Shown: positions 29,746-40,927, numbered from the stretch's first letter. The stretch is 64,000 nucleotides of DNA from Negativicutes bacterium (GCA_963665275.2 CAXXIN010000007.1:160001-224000); one strand, 5' to 3'. Numbers and translations are program-made. Notes: generated by a model from the letters alone, not told the origin.

Positions 29746-32328
29746 TCAATCCGAGTTCTCCGGGCCGTCCTCTGACTCCGCTTCGTCCTCGGTCGGTTTC
29801 TTCTTTGTATTACTGCGCCGACGACGGCGTTTCTTTTTCACGGCGGGAACCTCTCCCCCGTCGGGGTCAACAGTTGCCGTTTCAGCCGCAACGGACGGTT
29901 CAACAGCCGCCTCTGCCACCGAGGCCGGCTCGGCGCCATTCAATCCGTCAGCCTGGATGGTCGGTTTTTTCTTGCGCCGGCGGCGTTTACTCTTTTTCGG
30001 CGGGGCGTCGGCGGTTTCATCCAAGGTCGGGACATCCGCCTCGTCACTTTCCGCAATGGGGTCAATCACATTTTCGGTGTCGACCGGATCTTCATCGCCG
30101 GTTTCCGCCGTTTCAGCATCCGTTGCCGGTTTCTTCTTTCTACGCCGGCGACGCTTGGTTTTTTTTACTGGCAGTTCCGTATTTTCCTCTGGAACCTCGG
30201 TTGAATCCTCTTCATGATCCTCGGGAATCAAGGGCTCAGTCTGAACATCGATCGGCTCTGTCCCGTTTTCCTGCGTCGGTTTTTTCTTCCGCCGGCGTTT
30301 CCGTTTGGGCTTGCCCACGACGGCTTCAGATGGAATCTCATTAGCGCCGAGCTCTTCCGATGCGGGCGCTTCCAATGTCGCCATGTCCAATGCAGGAGTT
30401 TCCGAGGCCGGCTCTGCCAAAGCCGCATTAACTTCTTTCTTAGGCTTGCGACGGCGACGCGTCTTTTTCACCGGAGCTTCTTCCGGCAGTTTATCTGTCG
30501 TCAGGGGTTCTTCCGCCGGTTCGATGACCGCAGATTTCCCGGGCAATATTTCGGCAGCGCTGGGCATCGCCATTTTTTTGCTGCGGCGACGACGTCGCGG
30601 CTTCTTCGTTTCAGTCTCTGCATTACTATCTGGAACCGGTTCCTCCGCCTCTTCATCTTCGGTGTCCATCAGCGGTTCCCAGAGGGATCCTGTCATCGCT
30701 GCCAGCCGGGACTCGAAGGTGGATACCGGATCAAAGATGGCATTCATGGCGAACTTTTCCGCCATCAGAGGGGCCAGCTCTTCCTCAGAAAGCGGTTCCA
30801 GATCTCCGCACTCTTCGTCCGAACCTTCCTGTCCCCGCCGTGCAGAGGGTTTGCGGACTTTTTTGGGTTCATTGGATCGAATCAGCGCCTTATCGCCCTC
30901 GAAAATCGCATATACTTCCGGTTGCATACCTTCGATTGCCTCAACCGTCAAATCAATTCCCAACTCTGTTTCCAGGGCGGCCAAGGCTTTCTTATCCCCG
31001 AACCGATCCGCAATCCGCGGATGCATCTGCACGACCAGATCAGCGCCGGGCCGTTTGGCAGCGAGACGGCGAAGCTGACGCCGGATCGTGATCACGAGCG
31101 TTTCCGGCGACTGGATGATTCCGCGTCCGCCGCAGCAGGGACAGCCTTCGTACAAAGTGCCCTCATAAGTTTGACGGGTTTTCTTGCGGGTCATCTCGAC
31201 CAGCCCCAGTTCCGTCAATCCCAGTACATTGGTTTTCGTGTTATCGGCTTTCAGACAGGCCTCCAACTCTAGGAGAACCGCCTTCTTGTGACTGTCTTTC
31301 TGCATATCGATGAGGTCGGCTACGATGATGCCGCCGATATCCCGCAGGCGCAGCTGACGGGCAATCTCCGCCGCCGCCTCCATATTGGTCTTGAATACCG
31401 TATCAGCCAGGTTCGAATGCCCGATAAAGCGGCCGGTGTTGACATCGATGACCGTCAGGGCCTCCGTCTTGTCGATGATGAGATACCCGCCACATTTCAA
31501 ATCCACCCGGCGATCAGCCAGACGGTTCCATTCGTCTTCGATGGCATAATGGGTAAATATCTCGGTTTTTGATTTATACAGGTGGATCTTTTTGACAAGA
31601 TCCGGCGAGATGAACTTGGCCAATTCCACCATGCGGGCATGAGCTTCGGCATTGTCGATGATCACTTCGTCGATATCATCCTTGACATGGTCCCTGATGA
31701 TGCGTACGACCAGGTCCGCGTCGCGATAAAGCAGAAATGGCGGCTTGGCCCGCTTGGCTTTGGCCGTTAGCGCTCCCCAGAGGTTCGACAGGTACTGGAA
31801 GTCCCGGCTCAGTTCTTCTTCTGTGTGCCCCTCCGCGACTGTACGGACGATGACCCCCATCCCCTTGGGACGGATTTTCTCCGCCAGAGCGCGCAGTCGG
31901 GATCGTTCTTCACCGGACTCGATCCGCCGCGACACCCCGACATAATCGACGCTCGGCATCACCACGACATAGCGGCCAGGAATCGAAAAATGCGTTGTTG
32001 CCCGCGGGCCCTTGGTTCCCATCGCGTCCTTGACGATTTCGATCATGATATCGGCCCCTACGGTGAGGTTTTCCTCTTCGACGAGCCGTTGAAATGTTTT
32101 GTGCGGAAAAATATCGCCGGCATAAAGAAAAGCGTTTTTGCCGATACCGATATTGATGAAGGCGGCTTGCATCCCCGGGAGGACGTTCTCCACCCGGCCT
32201 TTGTAGATGTTTCCCACCATATAGTCGCTCTCCGTCCGTTCGACAGCCACTTCCAGCAGCCTGCCATCGTCAGACAGCGCCATACGGGTTTCCTCGGGAA
32301 TCACATTGACGATAATCCTTTTCGCCAT
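29746..32328 (-). CDS. RNase E/G family endoribonuclease with a long C-terminal low-complexity tail
   Basis: GNIYKGRV..VLPGMQAAF (S1), TEALTVIDVNTG, RLRDIGGIIVAD, CPCCGGRG Zn-link; ~380-aa acidic/Arg-rich tail. Confidence 0.95.
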   Translation of the reverse strand: MAKRIIVNVIPEETRMALSDDGRLLEVAVERTESDYMVGNIYKGRVENVLPGMQAAFINIGIGKNAFLYAGDIFPHKTFQRLVEEENLTVGADIMIEIVKDAMGTKGPRATTHFSIPGRYVVVMPSVDYVGVSRRIESGEERSRLRALAEKIRPKGMGVIVRTVAEGHTEEELSRDFQYLSNLWGALTAKAKRAKPPFLLYRDADLVVRIIRDHVKDDIDEVIIDNAEAHARMVELAKFISPDLVKKIHLYKSKTEIFTHYAIEDEWNRLADRRVDLKCGGYLIIDKTEALTVIDVNTGRFIGHSNLADTVFKTNMEAAAEIARQLRLRDIGGIIVADLIDMQKDSHKKAVLLELEACLKADNTKTNVLGLTELGLVEMTRKKTRQTYEGTLYEGCPCCGGRGIIQSPETLVITIRRQLRRLAAKRPGADLVVQMHPRIADRFGDKKALAALETELGIDLTVEAIEGMQPEVYAIFEGDKALIRSNEPKKVRKPSARRGQEGSDEECGDLEPLSEEELAPLMAEKFAMNAIFDPVSTFESRLAAMTGSLWEPLMDTEDEEAEEPVPDSNAETETKKPRRRRRSKKMAMPSAAEILPGKSAVIEPAEEPLTTDKLPEEAPVKKTRRRRKPKKEVNAALAEPASETPALDMATLEAPASEELGANEIPSEAVVGKPKRKRRRKKKPTQENGTEPIDVQTEPLIPEDHEEDSTEVPEENTELPVKKTKRRRRRKKKPATDAETAETGDEDPVDTENVIDPIAESDEADVPTLDETADAPPKKSKRRRRKKKPTIQADGLNGAEPASVAEAAVEPSVAAETATVDPDGGEVPAVKKKRRRRRSNTKKKPTEDEAESEDGPENSD

Positions 32329-32346
32329 GGAGTATCCCCCAATTTT

Positions 32347-33039
32347 TTAAATCTCAAATGGATCCTGAACTCCTGAACTCTGTTCCGCTTTCAAAGCGGT
32401 GCGGAGAAAAGCGGCTTCGCCGGACGGAAACCTGAATTGACCGTTCAATACGCCGAGCACTTCCATAGGTTTCACCGCGCCAGTGGATGTCATCCGAAGC
32501 CAAAACTCGAGGACTATGCAATCCCGCCCCTCAGCCATGGCAACTTCGCCAACCAAAAATTTCTTGACATCCATCGTTTTTTCACCCTTGGGAGTGCGGC
32601 GGACATACAGGGCGACCTCAGCGGAGGCGAATGCCTCTAGGGCCATCCTTGCTGCAGCGAGGTTGCCCGGAGTCGGCGACACTGCCACTGTTACCTGATA
32701 CGAAGCGAGATTCAAGGCCGCTGCCAGGGCTGCGGAAGTAAACACCGCGCGGGCTGCCACGAAGGCAAGCCCTGGCGGCAGCTGCGCCGACAGAGTCCGG
32801 CCAAAATCGACTGCATCCATCGGCTCCGTCAACTCCACATCCACATATTCGGCATCACTCGCCACGCCGACACTCAGCGCCGGCCCAAAGGAAAGCTTCA
32901 TATGCGGGTTAAAGCCCACACTGTAAGCTACCGGCAGTTTGGCACGGCGCAACGCCCGTTCGATTGCCCGTCCGAAATCAAGATGCCCGACATATTTGGT
33001 CTCGTCGGTTTTGGTCAGGGCCACTCTCATTTTATCCAT
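32347..33039 (-). CDS. Radical SAM-linked protein (TIGR03936/DUF2344)
   Basis: YVGHLD...RALRRAKLPVAYS.GFNPH...FGPAL.VG.S.AEY; overlaps the radical SAM gene. Confidence 0.9.
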   Translation of the reverse strand: MDKMRVALTKTDETKYVGHLDFGRAIERALRRAKLPVAYSVGFNPHMKLSFGPALSVGVASDAEYVDVELTEPMDAVDFGRTLSAQLPPGLAFVAARAVFTSAALAAALNLASYQVTVAVSPTPGNLAAARMALEAFASAEVALYVRRTPKGEKTMDVKKFLVGEVAMAEGRDCIVLEFWLRMTSTGAVKPMEVLGVLNGQFRFPSGEAAFLRTALKAEQSSGVQDPFEI

Positions 33040-34825
33040 TGAGATTCGCCCTCCAGTCAATCACAGATACGCCCAGATCCTGACACACGCCGCAGCCGGT
33101 GCACTCTCCATGCCGACAGTCGGTCGTCAGCGCTCCGGCGAGGGCCTGCCGCCATTCCGCAGCCAGCCATTCCTGCGAGGCGCCGCAATGAATATGGCTC
33201 CACGGCAACGCCTCGCCCGGTGTACGCTCCCGCACCGTGTAAAAGTCGGGATCGACGCCTGTTGTCGCAAACGCCTCATCCCAGATCCCTGGCTTGAAGT
33301 GTTCGCTCCATCCGTCGAAACGTGCTCCCCGTCGCCAAGCTTCAGCCAGTGTTTTGCCGAGACGCCGGTCACCCCGGGCAAACACTCCCTCCAATCGGCT
33401 CGTCTGGGCATCATGCCAGTTGAAACTGATGCTGCGGTCACGAAACGCTGCCCGCAGTAGGTTCTGCCGCCGCTCCATCTCGGGAACGGAGAGTTGGGGA
33501 ACCCATTGGAAAGGGGTATGGGGTTTGGGGACAAACGTGGAAACGCTGACTGTGACCTTGCGGTTGCGGACATTGCGCGCCAGCGCCAGCACCTTGCGAG
33601 CCAGGTCGGCGATAGCCAGAACATCCTCGTCAGTTTCCGTAGGCAGGCCGATCATGAAGTACAGCTTGATATTGGACCAGCCGGAGCGGAACGCGGCGCC
33701 GGCGGCTTCGATCAGATCTGCCTCGGTTACGCCCTTGTTGATGACATCCCGCAGCCGCTGGGTTCCGGCCTCCGGCGCGAACGTCAGGCCTGAACGCCGG
33801 ACTTTTTGGATCTCGTTGGCCAATTCGATGGAAAAGCTATCGACGCGGAGAGAGGGCAGGGACAGACTGACGCGCTGCGGAGCAAAACGAGTCATCAAGT
33901 CCTGCGTCAGATTGCGCAGGCAGGAATAGTCGGCCGAACTCAGGGATACCAGTGAAATTTCATCATAGCCGGTATTGTCCGCGAGTTCCTGAGCCAACCG
34001 CAACAGGGTTTCCGGTTTGCGTTCCCGCACCGGGCGGTAAACCACACCAGCCTGACAAAACCGGCAGCCGCGCGAACAGCCGCGGAAGAGTTCCAGCATG
34101 ATCCGGTCGTGCACGGTTTCCAGATAAGGGACGATCGGACGAGTAGGAAACGGTGATGCATCGAGATCTGCAACGATCCGTTTGGTCACTCTCGCCGGAT
34201 CTGCTGCCTCTGTCGGCACATACACCCCATCGAGCTCTGATAGCGCTGACATCAGCGCCTCGCGCCCCCCGGACTTGCCGTTCTGTTTCCAGGCGGCGAG
34301 GGTTGCGGCAATTTCGCCGATGACGTCTTCGCCCTCTCCAATGACGAAGCAGTCAAAAAAATCGGCAAGCGGCTCCGGATTATAGGCGCACGGACCGCCG
34401 CCCACGATAAGAGGGTCGGCCACCGTGCGGGCTGTGCGCTCGAGCGGGATCCCACCCAAATCGAGCATCGTCAGGATATTCGAATAGATCATTTCATACT
34501 GCAGGGAGAACCCGACCGCATCGAATTCCCGCAGCGGCGTCTGCGTCTCCAGGCTGCACAGAGGCGCACCCGCCTCCCGCATGACTGCCTCCATATCGGG
34601 CCAGGGGCAGTAGACGCGTTCGGCATAGGTATCTTCCCGGTCGTTCAGGACCCCGTACAGAATCTTCAACCCCAGGTTGGACATCCCGACTTCATAAACG
34701 TCCGGCAAGGACAGGGCAAAGCGGACAGCCACTTCTGCAGGGTCTTTGCGGATCACGTTCCATTCTCCGCCTGTATAACGGGCCGGTTTGGCCACAGAGT
34801 GCAACAACGAATCATTTGATAGCAA
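33032..34825 (-). CDS. B12-binding-like radical SAM protein (TIGR03960 family)
   Basis: KPARYTGGE, PDVYEVGMSNLG, CSRGCRFC, FAPEAGTQRLR, YFMIGLPTET, C-terminal CRHGECTGCGVC. Confidence 0.9.
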   Translation of the reverse strand: MLSNDSLLHSVAKPARYTGGEWNVIRKDPAEVAVRFALSLPDVYEVGMSNLGLKILYGVLNDREDTYAERVYCPWPDMEAVMREAGAPLCSLETQTPLREFDAVGFSLQYEMIYSNILTMLDLGGIPLERTARTVADPLIVGGGPCAYNPEPLADFFDCFVIGEGEDVIGEIAATLAAWKQNGKSGGREALMSALSELDGVYVPTEAADPARVTKRIVADLDASPFPTRPIVPYLETVHDRIMLELFRGCSRGCRFCQAGVVYRPVRERKPETLLRLAQELADNTGYDEISLVSLSSADYSCLRNLTQDLMTRFAPQRVSLSLPSLRVDSFSIELANEIQKVRRSGLTFAPEAGTQRLRDVINKGVTEADLIEAAGAAFRSGWSNIKLYFMIGLPTETDEDVLAIADLARKVLALARNVRNRKVTVSVSTFVPKPHTPFQWVPQLSVPEMERRQNLLRAAFRDRSISFNWHDAQTSRLEGVFARGDRRLGKTLAEAWRRGARFDGWSEHFKPGIWDEAFATTGVDPDFYTVRERTPGEALPWSHIHCGASQEWLAAEWRQALAGALTTDCRHGECTGCGVCQDLGVSVIDWRANLNG

Positions 34826-34843
34826 TAAAACAATCCTCCGTTT

Positions 34844-35950
34844 TTAGAACATCAACTTTTGTTGGCGCGCCTGAATGTTGAGCAGAATACCGATACTCAC
34901 CAGATTAGTAGTCAGGGAGCTGACTCCGTAGCTCAAAAAAGGCAGGGGAATTCCTGTAACAGGCATGATACCGATCGTCATCCCCACATTGACCAGAACA
35001 TGAAACGCCATCATCGAAGTAATCCCGGCCGCCAGCAGACGCCCGAATTTATCTCTGGCGTTCTGCGCCGTTTTTACCCCGCGGTACAGCAGCAGCATAT
35101 ACAACAGGAGAATCGCCACCGATCCGACAAATCCGAGCTCTTCCCCCACCACCGCGAAAATAAAGTCCGTGTGGTTCTCCGGTAAAAAATTCAGCTGACT
35201 TTGCGTGCCGTTGAACAAGCCTTTGCCGAATAGCTGTCCAGAGCCGATGGCGATCTTGGATTGGATGATATGGTATCCGGCGCCGAGTGGATCAACATTG
35301 GGATCCAAAAAAACCGTCAGGCGGGATTTTTGATAGTCCTTCAAGAAAAACCAGAACACAGGCAGGCAAGCGGCGCCGGCGCCCAGGATTTTCAGCAGCA
35401 GTTTGCCGTCGATGCCGGCCACGAAAACCATCCCCAGCAAGATGGCCAAAAACACGAGAGAGGTGCCGAGGTCCGGCTGTTTCAAAACCAACAGAAACGG
35501 CACAACGACAAAGGCGGCTACCGGCAGCAAATCCCTGACGCTTTGCATCCGGTCTTCTTTGGTATCCAACAGATGCGCCAGCGAAATGATCATGATGAGT
35601 TTGGCGAATTCGGACGGTTGGAGGCTGATCGGCCCCAGTTGTATCCAACGCTGGGCGCCGAGAGCAGAGTGGCCGACGAACATCACCGCAATCAGCATCA
35701 GCAGATTGATGCCGTACAATACGTTCCCCAGCGGTCCCAGCACGCGATAGTCGAACTTCAGCATCACCAGGATGACAATGAAGTTCATCACCGCAAACAT
35801 GCCTTGCCGCTGGACAAACCAATATCGGTCATCACTGGGCGAGTTGATGTGGGTCGCGCTGCCGATGATCAGAATGCCGATCCCCACCAGCGAAATCGTG
35901 GCGAAAATCATCCAGAAATCAATATTACGAAAAAACCGACGGTCCATCAT
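34844..35950 (-). CDS. rodA: Rod shape-determining protein RodA
   Basis: GAQRWI, QPSEFAK, QPDLGT, PENHTDFIF, LPFLSYG. Confidence 0.96.
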   Translation of the reverse strand: MMDRRFFRNIDFWMIFATISLVGIGILIIGSATHINSPSDDRYWFVQRQGMFAVMNFIVILVMLKFDYRVLGPLGNVLYGINLLMLIAVMFVGHSALGAQRWIQLGPISLQPSEFAKLIMIISLAHLLDTKEDRMQSVRDLLPVAAFVVVPFLLVLKQPDLGTSLVFLAILLGMVFVAGIDGKLLLKILGAGAACLPVFWFFLKDYQKSRLTVFLDPNVDPLGAGYHIIQSKIAIGSGQLFGKGLFNGTQSQLNFLPENHTDFIFAVVGEELGFVGSVAILLLYMLLLYRGVKTAQNARDKFGRLLAAGITSMMAFHVLVNVGMTIGIMPVTGIPLPFLSYGVSSLTTNLVSIGILLNIQARQQKLMF

Positions 35951-35952
35951 AT

Positions 35953-36687
35953 TTACAAAAAATCCTTTCCTGGCAGTCGGCGAGCCATGGCCGCGAGCAT
36001 CCTGGCTGCGGGTGAATCCGGCTGGCGGATGACTACGGGCACACCGCAGGCAGTAGCGGCTCCCACCGCTTCATCCTCAGGCACAGTTCCCAGTAGCGGC
36101 AATCCCAGCGAACAGGAAATATCCTGGGCGCTGGGGATAATCTGCTTCTGGAGAAACTCGCTTCGAAACCGATTGACCACCAGATAAGTTTCTGAAACTC
36201 CGGCTGCTGAAAATTCAGCGGCCATCCGGTCAGCATCACGCACCGACGCCGGATCTGTAGTTGTCACGACCAGACCGCGTCCAGCGGCCATGGCGGCACG
36301 AACTGGAATAGGCTCCAAGCCTGGCGGACAATCCAAAATAACCATGTCATATTCTTGGGACAGGTTCTTGCATAGAGAGCACAGGCGTTCTCCATCGAAA
36401 TCCGCCGTTGTGCGGTTCTGGGCCGCCGGCATCAAAAAGAGGTTCGGTATCGTTGAATGCGGCAAAATCGCATTAGCTGAACGGCATGCACCTTCCAGCA
36501 CATCCAGCACATCAAACAAAACCCGGTCATCAAGCCCCAGAAGCAGGTCAAGGCAACGCATACCGACATTCAGGTCTATCAACAGCACCCGATGCCCCTG
36601 TGCAGCCATTGCGGCTCCCAGATTGACAACCATCGTGCTTTTTCCTGTTCCGCCTTTGCCGGAACCCACCACCCAGACTTTTTCCAT
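35953..36687 (-). CDS. minD: MinD-like ATPase, divergent and lacking an evident C-terminal membrane-targeting helix
   Basis: SGKGGTGKST, D.NVGMRCLDLLLGLDDRVLFD, DCPPG, SVRDADR; ends ARRLPGKDFL. Confidence 0.8.
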   Translation of the reverse strand: MEKVWVVGSGKGGTGKSTMVVNLGAAMAAQGHRVLLIDLNVGMRCLDLLLGLDDRVLFDVLDVLEGACRSANAILPHSTIPNLFLMPAAQNRTTADFDGERLCSLCKNLSQEYDMVILDCPPGLEPIPVRAAMAAGRGLVVTTTDPASVRDADRMAAEFSAAGVSETYLVVNRFRSEFLQKQIIPSAQDISCSLGLPLLGTVPEDEAVGAATACGVPVVIRQPDSPAARMLAAMARRLPGKDFL

Positions 36688-36695
36688 CACGATCC

Positions 36696-38534
36696 TCATA
36701 GCGCCGTCCCCGGCGTCAACCTGCGAGTAGCTTCGACTGCCGCCGGCTTCAGGTTGAATGCCGTCTCGAGTATCTTGCGGGCAATCGGGCCGGCTGAAGT
36801 AGAACCATAACCGCCCTGTTCAATGATTACCGCCACTGTGATACGGGGATCGTCAAAAGGCCCGTACGCCACAAACCAGCCATGGTCATCCCCGTGCGGA
36901 TTTTCCGCCGTGCCGGTTTTGCCGGCTACCGGCACCGGAAAATTCGCGAATACTCCGGCTCCGGTCCCGCCGGCTTCCGACACGCCGCGAAGTCCATCGC
37001 GCACCAGTTTCAGAGTTTCAGGGCTGATGTCGATATGCCCGGTCTCCTCTATTGGAGCCTGCTTGAGCAATTCACCCTTCGAGGATAAAATTTTTCCCAC
37101 CACATGGGGCCGCCAGCGATGTCCCCCGTTGGCAACCTCACTCATCAGGACCGCCATCTGCAGCGGCGTCGCCAGCTGGAATCCCTGACCGATAGCGGCG
37201 TCGAACGTTTCCGCCAGATACCAGTCTTCCTTATAATTCAGTTCTTTATATTTGCGGTTGGCGACCAGCCCATCGGACTCGCCAGGCAGATCGATCCCCG
37301 TATAGGAACCGAGTCCGAACATTCTCGCATATTTTTCCAGCGCGTCGATGCCCAGCCGGTTTCCCATTTCGTAAAAATAAACATTGTCGGACATCGACAG
37401 CGCCTGATGAAAATTGATCCAACCCAGCGCTTCACCGGCTGCGTTGCCTTTGGGAACAAGCCAGTGCTGTCCAGAGTCAAAAATCTGTTCGTTAGCCGTC
37501 ACCTTTTTGAGTTCAAGGGCGGCGGAACCTGTCACGATTTTGAACGTCGATCCCGGTGGATACTCGCCGGCAATCGCGCGGTTATCCATCGGATGAAAAG
37601 GGTTATCGTTGATCGCCTTCCAGTTTTTGGTCGAGATGCCGCCAATAAACTGGTTGGGATCAAAAGCCGGACGGCTGACCATCGCCAACACTTCGCCATT
37701 CTTGGGGTTAAGCACTACCACAGCTCCGGCCTTAGCATTGCGTCTTCCACCCTGTTGCTGCAGAAACTTCAGTTGCTCATCGAGCGCTTCTTCAGCCGCT
37801 TTCTGCAGGCGATAATCTATCGTCAAGACGATATTGTTGCCTGGAATCGGCTCTTTCTTGGACAGGACCTGGACCATGCGTCCTGCGACATCGACTTCGA
37901 TGAGACTGCCGCCGTCGATTCCCTTGATGAAAGGGTCATACTTGTTTTCCAGCCCGGACTGGCCAATCAGATCGCCTGCCCGATACCCTTTGTCGCCCAT
38001 GGTCGCCAGCTCCGGTTCCGAGATCTCACTGACATACCCAAACACATGCACCCCCATCTGATTGTGCACATAGTTGCGGACAGGCAAAATTTCCACCACC
38101 ACGCCAGGCAGTTCGGACCGGCGTTCTTCAATCGCCGCCACGATGTTCTGCCCCACGTCGATCTTCAGCCTCACCGGTTCAAAACCGGTTTTACTCTTGC
38201 TCAATTTATCGATGATTTCCTGGGGATCCAGACCCAGGATCGCGGCCGTCTGGGTGATCACCGCCGGGGAAACCGGTTTGTTTCCCGGCACAATCGATAC
38301 AACGAAACCGGGACGGCTGGTGACCATCACCACTCCGTTCCGATCAAAAAAATCGCCTCGCGGCGCAACCACATTAACTTGCCGTGTGCGGTTCCCTTCC
38401 GCCAGTCTCTGATATTCAGGACCCCGCACCACCTGCAGATATGCCAGGCGGCTGACCAGCGCCACAAAAATCAGCACCAATACCACGGCCAAGATGTCCA
38501 GCCGCTGGCCGGCAGTCTTCAACCGCATGTGCAA
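36696..38534 (-). CDS. mrdA: Penicillin-binding protein 2
   Basis: APRG.FFDRNG, PGSTFK (SxxK), SDN (SxN), KTG. Confidence 0.95.
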   Translation of the reverse strand: MHMRLKTAGQRLDILAVVLVLIFVALVSRLAYLQVVRGPEYQRLAEGNRTRQVNVVAPRGDFFDRNGVVMVTSRPGFVVSIVPGNKPVSPAVITQTAAILGLDPQEIIDKLSKSKTGFEPVRLKIDVGQNIVAAIEERRSELPGVVVEILPVRNYVHNQMGVHVFGYVSEISEPELATMGDKGYRAGDLIGQSGLENKYDPFIKGIDGGSLIEVDVAGRMVQVLSKKEPIPGNNIVLTIDYRLQKAAEEALDEQLKFLQQQGGRRNAKAGAVVVLNPKNGEVLAMVSRPAFDPNQFIGGISTKNWKAINDNPFHPMDNRAIAGEYPPGSTFKIVTGSAALELKKVTANEQIFDSGQHWLVPKGNAAGEALGWINFHQALSMSDNVYFYEMGNRLGIDALEKYARMFGLGSYTGIDLPGESDGLVANRKYKELNYKEDWYLAETFDAAIGQGFQLATPLQMAVLMSEVANGGHRWRPHVVGKILSSKGELLKQAPIEETGHIDISPETLKLVRDGLRGVSEAGGTGAGVFANFPVPVAGKTGTAENPHGDDHGWFVAYGPFDDPRITVAVIIEQGGYGSTSAGPIARKILETAFNLKPAAVEATRRLTPGTAL

Positions 38535-39029
38535 TCAGCCCCCCAAATTCGATGCATAACGGCGCTTCAGCCACAATAGTGCGGCATGGACAGGCGCCGC
38601 CAGTAAAATATGATACGCAGTCGTGGGAATCATCTGCAGCAACAGAGCCGGAACAGCTCCGGCAAAGCCATACGCCACCAGAAAAATCGCTGCCACAGCA
38701 GTGGAGCCTATGGTACCGGCAATTACCGCCACCATGGGCAGCAGTAGATTGCCTTGGTTAACCTTGCGTTCATAAAAACCGAAAACGAGTCCCAGCAGCA
38801 TCTTGGATAGCGTATTGAGTCCAAAGGGACCCGCCGACAAGAGATCCTGCAAAATCCCGCCGAACGCACCGCACAGCACCCCAGTTTCCCTGCCGCCGGT
38901 CAAGGCCGCCGAAATCACGACCACCAACACAAAATCCGGCCGAATCCCACCGATGGACAGCACGGGAATCACCGTCGACTGAAAGGATACCGATACCAGC
39001 ATGACAACAAACCAGATCAGCGTTCTCAT
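38535..39029 (-). CDS. mreD: Rod shape-determining protein MreD
   Basis: Hydrophobic; PDFVLV, GILQDLL; operon position. Confidence 0.92.
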   Translation of the reverse strand: MRTLIWFVVMLVSVSFQSTVIPVLSIGGIRPDFVLVVVISAALTGGRETGVLCGAFGGILQDLLSAGPFGLNTLSKMLLGLVFGFYERKVNQGNLLLPMVAVIAGTIGSTAVAAIFLVAYGFAGAVPALLLQMIPTTAYHILLAAPVHAALLWLKRRYASNLGG

Positions 39030-39865
39030 GGGCGGGCCGGAGCCCTTTCACCGACGATGACGAACACTTCTTCCAGTCGTGAAAAATCCAGCGCAGGCCG
39101 GATCAGAGCCGTTTTGAGCAAGCCGCCATCATCATCGACGACATCCGTCACTTCACCGATCAACAAGCCTTTGGGATAAATCCCTCCAAGTCCGGAAGTC
39201 ATGATCTTATCCCCTTTGATCACATCGCCGTCGCGCATGAGGTTTTTCATCCGCAAAACCGAAACCTGGGCAGGATTGCCCTCCACGATCCCCACTGCCC
39301 GCGACTGCGGCCGCTGAACCATCGAGGCAGCCGAAGAACCGGTGTCGACAAGCAGACGAACTTTGGCGGTACCGGCGAAAGTCTCCATCACATGACCAAC
39401 CAGACCCTGATGGGTCACTACAGGCATATTGACCTTCAGACCGTCGTTGGCCCCCTGATTGATCAATATACTGTAGTTCAATATGCCGGGATCCCTGCCG
39501 ATCACCGTCGCCGCTTTCATCTGGAACGCAACCGACTTGGTGCGAAACTCAAGCATAGCCTGCAACCGCTCGTTTTCGGCGGCTTTTTCCGTCAGCTGGA
39601 ATACCACATGCCTCAATTCTTGATTTTCCGCACGCAACGTCTGATTCTCGCGATACACGGTCGCTACATCCCGGGTGAAAACCGTTCCCTGCTGGATGCC
39701 ACCGGCAACGCCGGAAAAAACGTAGTCGAACGGCGCCATGACGGTGGCCGCTATACCGGCCATCAAGGGATAACGGTTTTGCAGACGGGCCGCGGACACA
39801 ACCAGCAAAAAGACGGTGACAAAGGCCACGCAAAGCACCACCGTCTTCTTGTCAAACCATCTCAC
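39026..39865 (-). CDS. mreC: Rod shape-determining protein MreC
   Basis: TM plus coiled coil (ENERL), GLVG, TSGLGGIYPKGL, LEEVFV. Confidence 0.95.
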   Translation of the reverse strand: MRWFDKKTVVLCVAFVTVFLLVVSAARLQNRYPLMAGIAATVMAPFDYVFSGVAGGIQQGTVFTRDVATVYRENQTLRAENQELRHVVFQLTEKAAENERLQAMLEFRTKSVAFQMKAATVIGRDPGILNYSILINQGANDGLKVNMPVVTHQGLVGHVMETFAGTAKVRLLVDTGSSAASMVQRPQSRAVGIVEGNPAQVSVLRMKNLMRDGDVIKGDKIMTSGLGGIYPKGLLIGEVTDVVDDDGGLLKTALIRPALDFSRLEEVFVIVGERAPARP

Positions 39866-39883
39866 AACCTCGGTTCCCCTTCA

Positions 39884-40918
<1,035 letters not shown>

Positions 40919-40927
40919 TCAATCCTC

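Noticed and set aside
37104-38579. Long + strand ORFs (e.g., 491 aa here; also 24623-25573, 39392-40477, 52515-53900, 58296-59765)
   Set aside because: Antisense shadows of conserved GC-rich - strand genes; no recognisable motifs.
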